Both the position numbers and the translations under genes were made by a program. A stretch of DNA of 64,000 nucleotides from a virus: positions 1-64,000 of IMG/VR virus record IMGVR_UViG_3300030107_008258; one strand, 5' to 3'. The notes beneath the pieces were generated by a model, which worked only from the letters and a program-made list of their open reading frames with translations, was not told the DNA's origin and searched no databases. The first letter of the stretch is position 1, and each line of letters begins with the position of its first letter. Below are positions 26,965-37,354 of this stretch, piece by piece.

Positions 26965-28451
26965 TGTAATATCTTTCTTTTTAAGCGGATATTGTTCATA
27001 CTTTTAATATTTTCAATTGCCTTTTCACCAAATTTATTTTGTATCATATTTAAAAACCTAGGATTTTCAAACAATACTCTAAATGAATAATCTCGAAACT
27101 CTAGTACTTCTTTGGATTCTAAATTATATGTTTTACTAGGTATATGATCGTATGACAGGAACCCGTATTCTGAGTAATTTTCAGGTGTGTCCCATCCTTC
27201 TTTCTTGGCTTTTAAATATAAAGGGCTACCCGGCAGAGAGGTGGCAGAATAAATATTTGAATTCTCAGCATTTAACTCTAACGCTAAGTTAAGAGTCTCT
27301 TGCATTGTATCCCAATTGTCGTGACCTAGCCCAACAATGTAATTTGCACAAACATTAATACCTGCATTTTGAATCATTTTGAAAACATCGCGAATATTAA
27401 TGTCTTCGAATCTACCTTTTGTTATTTCCCTTCGTATTTCTTGATTTCCGGATTCAACCCCTAAAGCCAACCAATTAACTCCAGCTTTTTTTAATTTTTC
27501 AAGATATCTTGGTTTAACGGTATCTATTCGAGTATATGCCCAAATATTAAATTCGTATCCTCTTTCAATTATTAAATCACATAAAACCTCAAAGTGTTTT
27601 GGTTTTAATACCCACATTTCATCAGCAATTTTAATCTGTTTAACGCCTTGTTCAGCCAAATAATCTAATTGCTTGATTGTGAAGTAGGGGTCCCAATATC
27701 TAAATTTACTGAACGAAGAAGATGTTTTATGCGGGTCATTATCGTCTCTATTTATAATATTTATCATGCAGAATTCGCATTTATAGATACAACCCAGTGA
27801 GGTATATATGCTAGCGAATGGGCTTCTGTCCTCGTCAATATAATTAGCATGCCAACTACTTGTACGATATTTATCTAAAGAGGGCATTAAATCATAAGCA
27901 ACACCCGGCATATCTTTTTCTAATCGACTCTGTGGAACAACTTTACCAGCAGGGTTTAGGATGATCTGACCAAAACTGTCCCTATAAGCAATACCATTTA
28001 TCTTTTTTAAATCATTATTAGTTAAATTAGAAGATAACAGATCTATTAAAGAATAGACGCCTTCATTCGTTAAAACAATATCTATTTCTGTATGTTTTTC
28101 TAATGTAGATGTCGGTAATGCATTTACATGAGGCCCGACAAACGCAATTTTAGTTTCTGGTAATAATTCTCTTACTTCTTTTGCGGCTATTACAGCTCCA
28201 GTCATAGACGCTGTTGAAGCGTTAGGGTTTTGCCCGGTAACAACAAATAAAATTAACCTAGCACCACAGTTTTCTATATCTTTTATATTTGGCTCAATCT
28301 CCATATCGTGTATAGAGACACTTATACCTTTACATCTTACTGCATTCGCTAAAAGCCCTGCCCATATATTAGGTTCCTTAGCAGAAAAATTATCACTAAG
28401 TTTTTGATACAATTTTCGTGAAGCACTGGGAGCTATAATTAATACATCCAT
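26961..28451 (-). CDS. B12-binding radical SAM enzyme
   Basis: GPHV, NEG, CIYKCEFC (CxxxCxxC), GVESG. Confidence 0.88.
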   Translation of the reverse strand: MDVLIIAPSASRKLYQKLSDNFSAKEPNIWAGLLANAVRCKGISVSIHDMEIEPNIKDIENCGARLILFVVTGQNPNASTASMTGAVIAAKEVRELLPETKIAFVGPHVNALPTSTLEKHTEIDIVLTNEGVYSLIDLLSSNLTNNDLKKINGIAYRDSFGQIILNPAGKVVPQSRLEKDMPGVAYDLMPSLDKYRTSSWHANYIDEDRSPFASIYTSLGCIYKCEFCMINIINRDDNDPHKTSSSFSKFRYWDPYFTIKQLDYLAEQGVKQIKIADEMWVLKPKHFEVLCDLIIERGYEFNIWAYTRIDTVKPRYLEKLKKAGVNWLALGVESGNQEIRREITKGRFEDINIRDVFKMIQNAGINVCANYIVGLGHDNWDTMQETLNLALELNAENSNIYSATSLPGSPLYLKAKKEGWDTPENYSEYGFLSYDHIPSKTYNLESKEVLEFRDYSFRVLFENPRFLNMIQNKFGEKAIENIKSMNNIRLKRKILQ

Positions 28452-28482
28452 ATATTTAAATACTCTTTGGTTATTATAGCGC

Positions 28483-29448
28483 TTATGTTGAATTTATTCT
28501 TGAAATAAATTTTTCCGTCGTGTAGTTATTTACAACTTTGTTAAAGGCGTTATGAATAAATGGTTCATATGAGTCCCAATCTGACAAAATTTCATTTATT
28601 TTTCTAGGGAGGCTCTTCTCGTCATCATAATAGATAAAGTCTACGTTTGGTTCAAACCAGTTTTCTATAACGTTCCATGGATCTCGCCTTACTAACATCA
28701 AACATTTATTTGCCGCAGATTCTACAACTCTAGTTTTAAGTTGAGGCATTATCGCCGATCCTAATTCTGAAAAAGCTTCGTTCGACTCCCAGTTGTCGAG
28801 GGTTTTAACGTTCTCTACGTGCTCGGGTTGTAAAAAGAGTAAATTTACAATAATATTAATTTTTGTTTTTCTTATTAAAGACCACATTTGATCTCGAGGA
28901 ATATTCAAGCCAGTAATTAATCTATCATATCCTTGATCTCTCAAGCCCCAATGAGGCGACCCTAAGCTAAGAAAATTATATTTGTACTCAGGAGAGGATA
29001 TAGTAGATAATATTTTTTTATGAATATCGTTATGTACTCCTCCCCAGTAAAGTAGGTCGTAGTCTTTATTTTCTTTTTCATGAATTATTTTTTCTTCATT
29101 AACTGGATGACAGGCGAGTTGAAATCTTGCGTCTTTTTCTATTTTGTTAAGCCACGCGGCGGTATAGGGGCATGTAGTGTAAATTTTATCAAAAACTTTA
29201 TCAATATCTGCGCTTATTCTTGCGTAGCCCTTGTCTCCGTACCAAGCGCAAGGTTGTTCATAATTGAAAAAAACTTTTTTAGCATCTGTCTTAAAGGCTG
29301 GGTGAGTAGATTTAAAATGGGTGTCTGTTGTACAACCCATCCCGTGAAAAAAAATAGTGTCGCTGTCTGGCTCTGAAAAACGAGAATAATCGTAGTGACG
29401 TTCAAGGGAGTCGTTATAATGGCCGTTTAAGTTTTCAACTAATGTCAT
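28483..29448 (-). CDS. putative GT-B glycosyltransferase (CgeB-like)
   Basis: KTRVVESAANKCLML, WFEPNVDFIYY C-terminal pattern. Confidence 0.55.
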   Translation of the reverse strand: MTLVENLNGHYNDSLERHYDYSRFSEPDSDTIFFHGMGCTTDTHFKSTHPAFKTDAKKVFFNYEQPCAWYGDKGYARISADIDKVFDKIYTTCPYTAAWLNKIEKDARFQLACHPVNEEKIIHEKENKDYDLLYWGGVHNDIHKKILSTISSPEYKYNFLSLGSPHWGLRDQGYDRLITGLNIPRDQMWSLIRKTKINIIVNLLFLQPEHVENVKTLDNWESNEAFSELGSAIMPQLKTRVVESAANKCLMLVRRDPWNVIENWFEPNVDFIYYDDEKSLPRKINEILSDWDSYEPFIHNAFNKVVNNYTTEKFISRINST

Positions 29449-29452
29449 AAGG

Positions 29453-30898
29453 TTAAATTTTATTTTCTAAAACTATTAATGGTTGATACATCGTGGAATC
29501 ACCGTTGTTTATTTCCATGTCAAAAGAGGAGTCATTGAAGCCGTATTTATCTAAAGTCCTCCATCCCTCTATCATTTTAGGAAATCTTATCTTACCGTAA
29601 ACTCGATGCACGTTAAACCAAAGTGCGTCTTTACCTACCGGCAGAGCCAAAAACATAACTCCCTGCGGCTTTAAGATTTGTTTTATTTTCTTCATGGCTT
29701 CCAAATCTCCATTTGGATTAAGTGGATCACCATAACGACCTAAGCCATCGTGCTCGAAAGAGGAAATAGATAAACAAGCATCAAATTTGATATTTATTTT
29801 CTCATGTGGTTGAAAGTAGGAAATTTTTTCATGAAAAGATTTTCTTTTTGAATATTCTATTACTGAAACAGACTTGGCACCAAAAAACAAGCACATTATC
29901 TCATACCAAGGGTGAGCTGAACCCATCACGCAAACATCTTTATTTTTTATTGGATGCTCTTTAAAGGCTTCGTAAAGGTAAAAGTCAGTAGCTCCATAGT
30001 AATTATGTTGACCCATTGATATTCGCTGGAGTGAGTCTTCGCATACTTCTTTTGTATAATTTTTATCCATTGCCTCTTGGGCCTCGGAAGTAGAATCGTC
30101 TCGGTAAGAATACTTCACTGGGATACTGCCGCCCATAGAATAAGCATTAAGCATATCTTCAGGAATTTTATCTATTGGTTTCTGGTGTTTTTTTTCATCT
30201 CTGGCATAAATCATACCATAATTAATTCTTCTCTCAGGGACGATGTAATTGTTTAAAATTTTAATCAAAATATCTTTATTCAAATATTTCTTAGGCTGTT
30301 TTAAATAAGGATCGCCTTCTTCTGAATGTGTTAATTCTTCGGGCAAATTTGTCTCCTCAAAATAACCTATAATTCCAAACTCTTTATAACCTATATATTC
30401 TAATCTATTTAAAATGCCTATAAGACTTTCATAGTCCTCTTCAATCCATTCTAGGCAAATGTTCGGAACTGTTTTGCTTAATCCATTTACAACGGCTAAT
30501 TCATGCCCCTCTACATCTACTTTTATTAAGTCAGGTTCTCCATAATGTTCAATAAGCGAATCAAGTGTTGTTGTTTCAACTTTAATTGGGTTACTCCACA
30601 TCGCTGAGGAAGGCTGTAAAAATTTGCTACCTTTTGTAAATCTAGAGTTATTTATAAATTCTAAGGACGCTGTTGAGATTCCTGACTGTCTTTTTTCTAC
30701 GTAAAAATTAATCTCTTCTCCTCTTTTTTCAGAACAGGCTAAATTTAAAAGCTTTATTGAACGATGCCATTCCGGAGGGACAGAAGGTATTAAATTTGGA
30801 TTAGCTTCAACCGCGACCACTTCACAAGAAGGATACTTAAGTATACAAGCTCTTGAGAACTCTCCTACGTTAAATCCTATATCAAAAACTTTTTTCAT
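29453..30898 (-). CDS. FkbM methyltransferase fused to a DUF268-like SAM-dependent domain
   Basis: FDIGFNVG, IKVDVEGHE; SSFEHDGLGRYGDP. Confidence 0.8.
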   Translation of the reverse strand: MKKVFDIGFNVGEFSRACILKYPSCEVVAVEANPNLIPSVPPEWHRSIKLLNLACSEKRGEEINFYVEKRQSGISTASLEFINNSRFTKGSKFLQPSSAMWSNPIKVETTTLDSLIEHYGEPDLIKVDVEGHELAVVNGLSKTVPNICLEWIEEDYESLIGILNRLEYIGYKEFGIIGYFEETNLPEELTHSEEGDPYLKQPKKYLNKDILIKILNNYIVPERRINYGMIYARDEKKHQKPIDKIPEDMLNAYSMGGSIPVKYSYRDDSTSEAQEAMDKNYTKEVCEDSLQRISMGQHNYYGATDFYLYEAFKEHPIKNKDVCVMGSAHPWYEIMCLFFGAKSVSVIEYSKRKSFHEKISYFQPHEKINIKFDACLSISSFEHDGLGRYGDPLNPNGDLEAMKKIKQILKPQGVMFLALPVGKDALWFNVHRVYGKIRFPKMIEGWRTLDKYGFNDSSFDMEINNGDSTMYQPLIVLENKI

Positions 30899-31755
30899 TA
30901 TAGTAAAATCCAATCTTTGGGGTAAAACATTTCGCGATGAGTATAATTTTTTATATCGGGATGGTATCTTAACGGAGCCACCCTTTTTGCATTAGAGTTT
31001 ATGTTTAAGTAGGCTGCCCACCATCCAAAACTACTCAAGTGCCCCAGTATATTATGATCACAACTTGAGATTAATTCAAAATCTTCCATAGTGGTTTTTT
31101 GAGAAGATATAGTATAATCTTCGGGACTCCATCCTTTAGATTCAAAAAAACTTTGGCACCATTTGACATCGTCTAAATTGTTATCACTGAACCTTTTGCC
31201 CCCAGTGAAAATAACATAGTGACAATCAGCGAACTCGCTTAAAGCCTTGTCTAAATAAGTTTCGTAACCTCCTCCTTTGTCATAGTGTGATATTAATGCA
31301 CCTTGAGAGGGGTCGGTACCGTCCGTGTTGTCTCCCCTCCTTAAATGGATGGATACTAGGTCTTTCTTGACTTTTGTTCTTATATCGTCTAGAAAAGTAG
31401 AGAGACGAGGCCCGCATTGTAGCTCTTTTTTTATAGAGTCTTCGAAATCTTTAAAATAAAAAGTACTTTGAAAAAACCCTCTTAAAAGAGTATCGTCGGG
31501 AATATCAAAAAAATTTTTATCTATCTTAAAGGGATCAAGTTCTTCATATAAAAAACGAGGAGATGACTCGCAACTCTCGAGGACATTAATGTTAAAATGT
31601 GGCAGCAGACATGGTTGACCGTGCCACTCATGAGAAGAAAGGCCGTCGACTACTAAATCTGTACCGCGATGCAAGGAGAGAGATCTGGCCGCAGCATATT
31701 GGAAAAGTTGATTACCTAATCTACCATAACTTCCTATATGGGGGAAAAATATCAT
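30898..31755 (-). CDS. GT11 alpha-1,2-fucosyl/colitosyltransferase
   Basis: GRLGNQLFQYA, HLRRGD, SSFGWWAAYL. Confidence 0.88.
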   Translation of the reverse strand: MIFFPHIGSYGRLGNQLFQYAAARSLSLHRGTDLVVDGLSSHEWHGQPCLLPHFNINVLESCESSPRFLYEELDPFKIDKNFFDIPDDTLLRGFFQSTFYFKDFEDSIKKELQCGPRLSTFLDDIRTKVKKDLVSIHLRRGDNTDGTDPSQGALISHYDKGGGYETYLDKALSEFADCHYVIFTGGKRFSDNNLDDVKWCQSFFESKGWSPEDYTISSQKTTMEDFELISSCDHNILGHLSSFGWWAAYLNINSNAKRVAPLRYHPDIKNYTHREMFYPKDWILL

Positions 31756-32354
31756 TTAAATAAGTTAAAAGTTCTTAAGTCTCTGTAAGGAGGATCTTCG
31801 ACTTGGTCTGGGGCGTGTTTAGGATAAGCCATAAGAAGCGTCAGCCCTCGGGCTGCTTGTTCGGGGGTCATATACATGTTCCACCCTCCATCTCCCAAAT
31901 CGTCATCTTGAAAAGGTACGCCTATTGTTCTTCCTTCGTACCTTAACTTCTTTATAGTTTCTACAGCTTTTTCATCATCTGTAAGTATCATTCCGCCCTT
32001 GCCTATTTTAAGCGGCTTCTTGTGGTGAAAAGATAAACACATATAAGAACCCGGTATATACATGCCTGAAGTTAACCTTTTTGCTGCATCGTAAATTGGA
32101 TGTGGTTTTAATTGGTAAATACCGCTCCATTCAATATCTTCGAATTCAACTCTAGCACCGGCCTGTAATATAGATTGAGGCGGTGATATATATGTACGAG
32201 AAGGTATTGTTACAGTAGAGCCTTGAACTTCGTAATACTTGCAGCAAAGAAAAATAGCGTCAGTGCAGCTGTCGCAAGCGATAGCATAAGGGGCACCGGT
32301 ATATTCAGCGATAGCTTCTTCAAACCATTGTACTATTTCGAAAGGATTTCTCAC
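31752..32354 (-). CDS. short DegT/DnrJ-family aminotransferase
   Basis: FEEAIAEYTGA, SCTDA, SFHHKKPL..GKGG; only 200 aa. Confidence 0.75.
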   Translation of the reverse strand: MRNPFEIVQWFEEAIAEYTGAPYAIACDSCTDAIFLCCKYYEVQGSTVTIPSRTYISPPQSILQAGARVEFEDIEWSGIYQLKPHPIYDAAKRLTSGMYIPGSYMCLSFHHKKPLKIGKGGMILTDDEKAVETIKKLRYEGRTIGVPFQDDDLGDGGWNMYMTPEQAARGLTLLMAYPKHAPDQVEDPPYRDLRTFNLFK

Positions 32355-32734
32355 TTCTCTAATATGTAATATTTCTTACGGAACCCACAGATTTCAAACA
32401 GCCTCCTACTTGCTTCGTTATCAATTTTAACTTTAGCAAAAGCGTCTGGAAATTTCTTCATAAAGCCTTCTACCATAAACTTGCCGACGCCTTTTCTTTG
32501 ATGTGTTTTCTTTGTGGCTAGTCTTATATCGTTTTCAACATGACCTATAAAGCCTATCACTTCGCAACCATCAACACACACCAAATAATTAGAAAAATTT
32601 TTAAACATATAGGCGTGATGAGTTGCTGTTGGTATTATACTAGGGTCTCCAAAACCTTCACAGTTTTCGTTTCTAATTTCCAGTATAGCGTCCCAGTGAG
32701 ATCCCGGCAGGTTGCTGCATTCAATTAATTCCAT
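32351..32734 (-). CDS. GNAT acetyltransferase
   Basis: HQRKGVG, NEASRRLFEICGF. Confidence 0.8.
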   Translation of the reverse strand: MELIECSNLPGSHWDAILEIRNENCEGFGDPSIIPTATHHAYMFKNFSNYLVCVDGCEVIGFIGHVENDIRLATKKTHQRKGVGKFMVEGFMKKFPDAFAKVKIDNEASRRLFEICGFRKKYYILEK

Positions 32735-33534
32735 ACGTCTTCTTCGTGTAAAACTGGATGGTCAACATTACCCCAGTGAGCTAATAGATAAGTCCTACTA
32801 GATTTCCATCCTTCAAGTTGAAGAAGAGGACCTAATGAAGAGCCTATATCCATATATTGATTGTTGTCATGCTTTTTAAATAAATCATAACAAAGAAAGT
32901 TACTAAGGGTAGCAGCGGAAAAAAGAAATAAATGATTTTTAACATCGTTAGTCTCTATCCATGCGCTAATTTCTTTAGGGAGATCGAAATCGTTTACCAT
33001 GCAATTACTACCAACTGGAAAAAACTTTTTCACCTTAAAAGGTAACTTGTCTAATTTAGAATTTTCGTTAGCTACTAATACTATTTCTCTATTAGAAAAA
33101 ATAGGAAGTATTTCTTGGATAAATCGAGAATAATTGCCGTTTATCATCAGGTTACAAAAAGATAAATTTTCCCAATCATCAGGTCCGTATAACTCCGTGC
33201 AGAACTTCCACGACTCTCCTCCGTCTAAACTATTCTGACCCGGAATACCTTTTATATAGTTATGTTTTTTAAACTTGAAAGCTTCGATAAGTTTTTCGTA
33301 CTCCCTTTTATTGTTGGATGGAATAAAACTTTTCTGCTCTTCTGGCATGTAACTATTAACATAAACCTTTTGATCGCCATGTATATCTCCCTGTATAAAA
33401 TGGTCTTCTGCAAGGACAACTGTCTTATTACGCAGTATAGTAACTTCCCCGTCTGAAAAACGAGAAAATCCAAAAGGTACCTCATTAATAATTAAGTCTC
33501 GCAGCTTATTAAACTCGTCTCTATAACTCTTCAT
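32725..33534 (-). CDS. putative GT-D fold glycosyltransferase
   Basis: FSRFSDGE and MDIGS motifs. Confidence 0.55.
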   Translation of the reverse strand: MKSYRDEFNKLRDLIINEVPFGFSRFSDGEVTILRNKTVVLAEDHFIQGDIHGDQKVYVNSYMPEEQKSFIPSNNKREYEKLIEAFKFKKHNYIKGIPGQNSLDGGESWKFCTELYGPDDWENLSFCNLMINGNYSRFIQEILPIFSNREIVLVANENSKLDKLPFKVKKFFPVGSNCMVNDFDLPKEISAWIETNDVKNHLFLFSAATLSNFLCYDLFKKHDNNQYMDIGSSLGPLLQLEGWKSSRTYLLAHWGNVDHPVLHEEDVWN

Positions 33535-34432
33535 TTATAAAATCTAAATTGAGCCCATAAAAATATTTAGGCTTCCACCCTGTAGCTTTAGTTATTTTAC
33601 CAGTGTCTACCGAATATCTAACATCTTGACCCCATCTATCCTCCACAAACTCGATATATTCTTCAGGATCACTATTAAATTTTTTTATTACCGCTTTGAC
33701 TACGTCTATATTTTTTATGTGATTATTAGCAGCAATGTTAAAACATTCATTTCTTACGCCTTTATTTATTATACTTAATATCCCATCGACATTATCTTTG
33801 ACGTAAGTCCAGTCTCTTATATATGAGCCGTCTCCATGAACTGGAATTTTTTCTCCATCTTTTAAACAGGAAATGCATTTAGCTATTAATTTCTCTTCAT
33901 ATTGTCGAGCGCCATAATTATTACCGCTACGAGTCATTACGTAATCAATACCATATGTGCGGTGGTAGGAATTAATTAACATTTCGGAACAAGCTTTAGT
34001 AGCAGAATAGGGGTTACTAGGACTCAGCTTGTCGACCTCTTTAAAAGAACCTTCATTAATATCTCCATAAACTTCATCAGTACTAATATGAAAAAATAAA
34101 GGCCTCTTATATTTAGGTTTTATTCTTACTAATTCTAAAAGATTATGTACTCCGTTTACATTAGATTCTATAAAAGGATTACAATCGGTAATAGAATTAT
34201 CAACATGACTTTCAGCGGCAAAATTAATTAAAATGTCACAAGTAGGTATATGTTTTATGGTAGCAATATTGCCTTGAGTCAAAGAGTAATTCGGGTGGTT
34301 ATCCCACGGTAAGCGAGCATGAGAAGCATACCCCATCTTATCTATATCGTAGACCCTCCAACCATCGCTAAGAGCAGCCTCTACAAAGTGACTGCCAATA
34401 AAACCTCTTCCTCCTGTAACGGTTAATTTCAT
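33521..34432 (-). CDS. rmlB: dTDP-glucose 4,6-dehydratase
   Basis: GGRGFIG, FAAESHVDNSI, ISTDEVYG, PYSATK. Confidence 0.92.
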   Translation of the reverse strand: MKLTVTGGRGFIGSHFVEAALSDGWRVYDIDKMGYASHARLPWDNHPNYSLTQGNIATIKHIPTCDILINFAAESHVDNSITDCNPFIESNVNGVHNLLELVRIKPKYKRPLFFHISTDEVYGDINEGSFKEVDKLSPSNPYSATKACSEMLINSYHRTYGIDYVMTRSGNNYGARQYEEKLIAKCISCLKDGEKIPVHGDGSYIRDWTYVKDNVDGILSIINKGVRNECFNIAANNHIKNIDVVKAVIKKFNSDPEEYIEFVEDRWGQDVRYSVDTGKITKATGWKPKYFYGLNLDFINEEL

Positions 34433-35433
34433 AAGAGCTGAAGAATTTTCTCTGCGGCTTTACCGTCACCAAAGGGGCAAGTGGATGAAGGTATATAGTC
34501 GTCTCTTACTTTCTTAAAAATCTCAGGTAGGTCTCCCACTTTTTTGCATAAATAATTAAAAGACTCGAGGGCTTCAGGCCTTTCTGTTGTTTCCCTGCAT
34601 ACTATAGCTTTCTTTTTAAGAAACGAAGCCTCTTCTTGTAGTCCTCCACTATCCGTAATTAAAAAACGGCACGCGCCTATCTTTTTAACAAATTCTTTAT
34701 GCGCAACAGGTGGTATGATGCGGACATTGCTAAACTCTTTATGTAAAGCACAATGGGAATTGGGGTTAGGATGAGATATAAAAACAAAATTTAAATCTTG
34801 ATTACTAAAAGCAATATCTTCTATTTGTTGGTACCAAAAAGCTATAGATTTATGATTTTCTCTCCGATGTAAGGTTATTAAAACATCATTATTATAACTA
34901 ACTGGAATATCTTTAAGGTGATCCAATACTGTATTACCTACTATATGAATTTCACCTTGAGCTATTTCTTTTAGTAGGTTCGTTTTATTTGATTTAGTGG
35001 CGCAAAGGTGTATGTCTGCAATTCTTGATATGCATTGTCTATAAACTTCCTCTGGGTAAGGGTGGCTTTTGTCGTAGGTTCTTAATCCTGCTTCTAAATG
35101 AATTACTTTTAATCCTTTGTTAAAAGCCGCTAAAGCGCAAGCAAAAGCTGAAGCTGTGTCGCCTTGAACTAGCACGTGAGTAAAACCGTCCTCTAAAACT
35201 TGATCTAAGGAATAAGACCCGGTTATGCTGGAAATGATAGAATTAAGACGACTAGGGGCGTTGTCATGCATTTCAAATGAGTAATCGGGTTTAACAGTCC
35301 CCTTGCCTATATCTTTGTGCTGGCCAGTAAATAGAGTTCGTATATTATGCCACTGTGATAACTCGTGAAGAATTATGGGCTCTATTTTAATATACTCTGG
35401 CCTAGTGCCATAACATATCAATATTTTTTTCAC
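34429..35433 (-). CDS. wecB: UDP-N-acetylglucosamine 2-epimerase (non-hydrolysing)
   Basis: GTRPE, TGQH, QGDT, HLEAGLRT, TDSGGLQEEA. Confidence 0.93.
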   Translation of the reverse strand: MKKILICYGTRPEYIKIEPIILHELSQWHNIRTLFTGQHKDIGKGTVKPDYSFEMHDNAPSRLNSIISSITGSYSLDQVLEDGFTHVLVQGDTASAFACALAAFNKGLKVIHLEAGLRTYDKSHPYPEEVYRQCISRIADIHLCATKSNKTNLLKEIAQGEIHIVGNTVLDHLKDIPVSYNNDVLITLHRRENHKSIAFWYQQIEDIAFSNQDLNFVFISHPNPNSHCALHKEFSNVRIIPPVAHKEFVKKIGACRFLITDSGGLQEEASFLKKKAIVCRETTERPEALESFNYLCKKVGDLPEIFKKVRDDYIPSSTCPFGDGKAAEKILQLL

Positions 35434-36161
35434 GACTTTATTAACTTAAATCCTTTCTTAATGGTTGATTTTAAAGCGTCTCCAAAATGCGATCCGTGGT
35501 AATTAACAGATATCGCGTTTTTATCTACGCCGTATTGGTAAGCTAAAGTAGGATTAGATCCCCACATGTCTCTATCCTTTTCGGGGTGAGGTGGCACATA
35601 GGTATTGAGTCCTAAATGCTTTTGAATAGCGTAGGAGAAATACATATCTTCCCCGCATATTCTACTTTCAGGTATTGGGGCCTCCCTCCAGAAAGCTCCC
35701 AGCCATTCCCTTTTAAAGAACCAGCTGTGGCCTACTATATCTACTCTAGTTGTGACTTCGTTAGGGTTAGACCATCCCCACCTGTCATAGCTAATATAAT
35801 TTTCATCATTAAATATAACTCCAATAGTACCCAATAAACCTTCATTAGTTTTAATAGTTTCTAAGCAATTCTCTAACCACTTAGATCCGGGAATTGTATC
35901 ATCATCAAAAACGCAAACATATTCAGTAGTAGCGTTAAGAGCATATGCAAACCGAGCCCAAACTCCAAAATTTGCATTACTGGTAGTTACTACGCAATTA
36001 GATAATAAAGAATAATCAAAGGCTTCCTCACTATCTTTATTTTGCCAAAACATCACCATCTCAGGCTTTACGGTTTGGTTTTTTAAAGCTTCTACTTGAG
36101 CTTTTAAGGCGTGAGGGCGTTTGTATCCGTTTAAAATTACTGTTATTTTACCGTCTGACAT
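35430..36161 (-). CDS. GT-A fold (GT2-like) glycosyltransferase
   Basis: FDDD DxD motif, GED. Confidence 0.7.
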   Translation of the reverse strand: MSDGKITVILNGYKRPHALKAQVEALKNQTVKPEMVMFWQNKDSEEAFDYSLLSNCVVTTSNANFGVWARFAYALNATTEYVCVFDDDTIPGSKWLENCLETIKTNEGLLGTIGVIFNDENYISYDRWGWSNPNEVTTRVDIVGHSWFFKREWLGAFWREAPIPESRICGEDMYFSYAIQKHLGLNTYVPPHPEKDRDMWGSNPTLAYQYGVDKNAISVNYHGSHFGDALKSTIKKGFKLIKS

Positions 36162-36996
36162 TTCTTATTAATTCTAAAAGATCTTCCTTTTTGTTTCTCA
36201 TGGTATTTATCAATTCTAAACCGTTTTCTTTATACCAAGGTTCATAAGAAGCTCCAATTAATTCATTAGTATAAACTTCAAGTCCCATCATCTTAGCTTC
36301 CAACACAAGCCTGCAGCATGTTTCCGGCGTAGATGGATGAAAAGCTAAAGAAGAATACATTGATAGAAACTTTAAAAAAGATTCGTAGTCCGGATCTTTA
36401 ATGGTATCAAAAGCTATATTGTTTTGTTTACAATATTCTTGAGATTGCTTAGTTCCTTTTTGTGGGTAGGGAGAGTTTACTACGGCACATTTGTCTAAGC
36501 TTCTTGAATTGTTACCTAACTTTTCTAATAGATTTAAATGCTGCTCTGACCATAAGTTTCCCGAAAAGTTGATAGTCTTCTTTGATTCTCCTATATTCCT
36601 ATCGTAAATATCTTTTTGAAATCCTGTCTGGCATACTATAGCCGCGGCCTTTTTGTGGAAATCAACATTAATTAGTTCGTTTTGTGGAACTATGAAATTA
36701 GGATATAAAGCTGGGTTTGTATGTTGAACAAACTTATAGTCGTGACAATATAAAATATATTTGCACTTGTCTTCTATAGTTTGACGTATGGAGGGGTCAA
36801 TTCCAAAAAAGTTAGATATTATAAAAAAAGAATCGAGGTTCTCTTGAATGAACCCCGGATACAGATAACGGCTTTTAATTTTTTGAACTTCGTAATGTTT
36901 ATTTAATGTTTTATAGATTTCTTCATCATTTAAAGCTGCGCCTCCTACAAAATCATCTATAAAAAAATCGCTAATTAATATAATTTTATCATTCAA
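36148..36996 (-). CDS. GT-B glycosyltransferase-like protein
   Basis: GGA, KG, ETCCRLVLEAKMMG. Confidence 0.6.
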   Translation of the reverse strand: MNDKIILISDFFIDDFVGGAALNDEEIYKTLNKHYEVQKIKSRYLYPGFIQENLDSFFIISNFFGIDPSIRQTIEDKCKYILYCHDYKFVQHTNPALYPNFIVPQNELINVDFHKKAAAIVCQTGFQKDIYDRNIGESKKTINFSGNLWSEQHLNLLEKLGNNSRSLDKCAVVNSPYPQKGTKQSQEYCKQNNIAFDTIKDPDYESFLKFLSMYSSLAFHPSTPETCCRLVLEAKMMGLEVYTNELIGASYEPWYKENGLELINTMRNKKEDLLELIRNVRR

Positions 36997-37354
36997 TAGT
37001 AAAGTGTTTTGATGGCTTTATCCGACTGGGGTCTTGAGGATGTTTTGCTCCTTTTCTTTCTTTTGAGTAGTCTTCAAAAAACTTTTTCTTAACAGGGTCC
37101 TCTCCATATCGTGCTGCTCTTTTAGCAGAAGCTTCTGCGGATTGATCCCAGAGATCTCCGATAGTTCCTTTGGCTTTTTCGCGGAATTCTTGTTGAGAGT
37201 GGGGATCTATTTGAGTGTCTATAGAAGCGTTTGGAATCGTATATACGCGATTATAAGAGACTCCGTCTATTTCGTAAACGTGCTCTTCGTGAATACTTTG
37301 AAGAACAATAACTTGTTCTCCTGTCTCGGGGTGTTCGTAAATATATTCAGGCAT
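36989..37354 (-). CDS. FmdB-like small protein (no Cys ligands)
   Basis: MPEYIYE N-terminus. Confidence 0.5.
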   Translation of the reverse strand: MPEYIYEHPETGEQVIVLQSIHEEHVYEIDGVSYNRVYTIPNASIDTQIDPHSQQEFREKAKGTIGDLWDQSAEASAKRAARYGEDPVKKKFFEDYSKERKGAKHPQDPSRIKPSKHFTIE

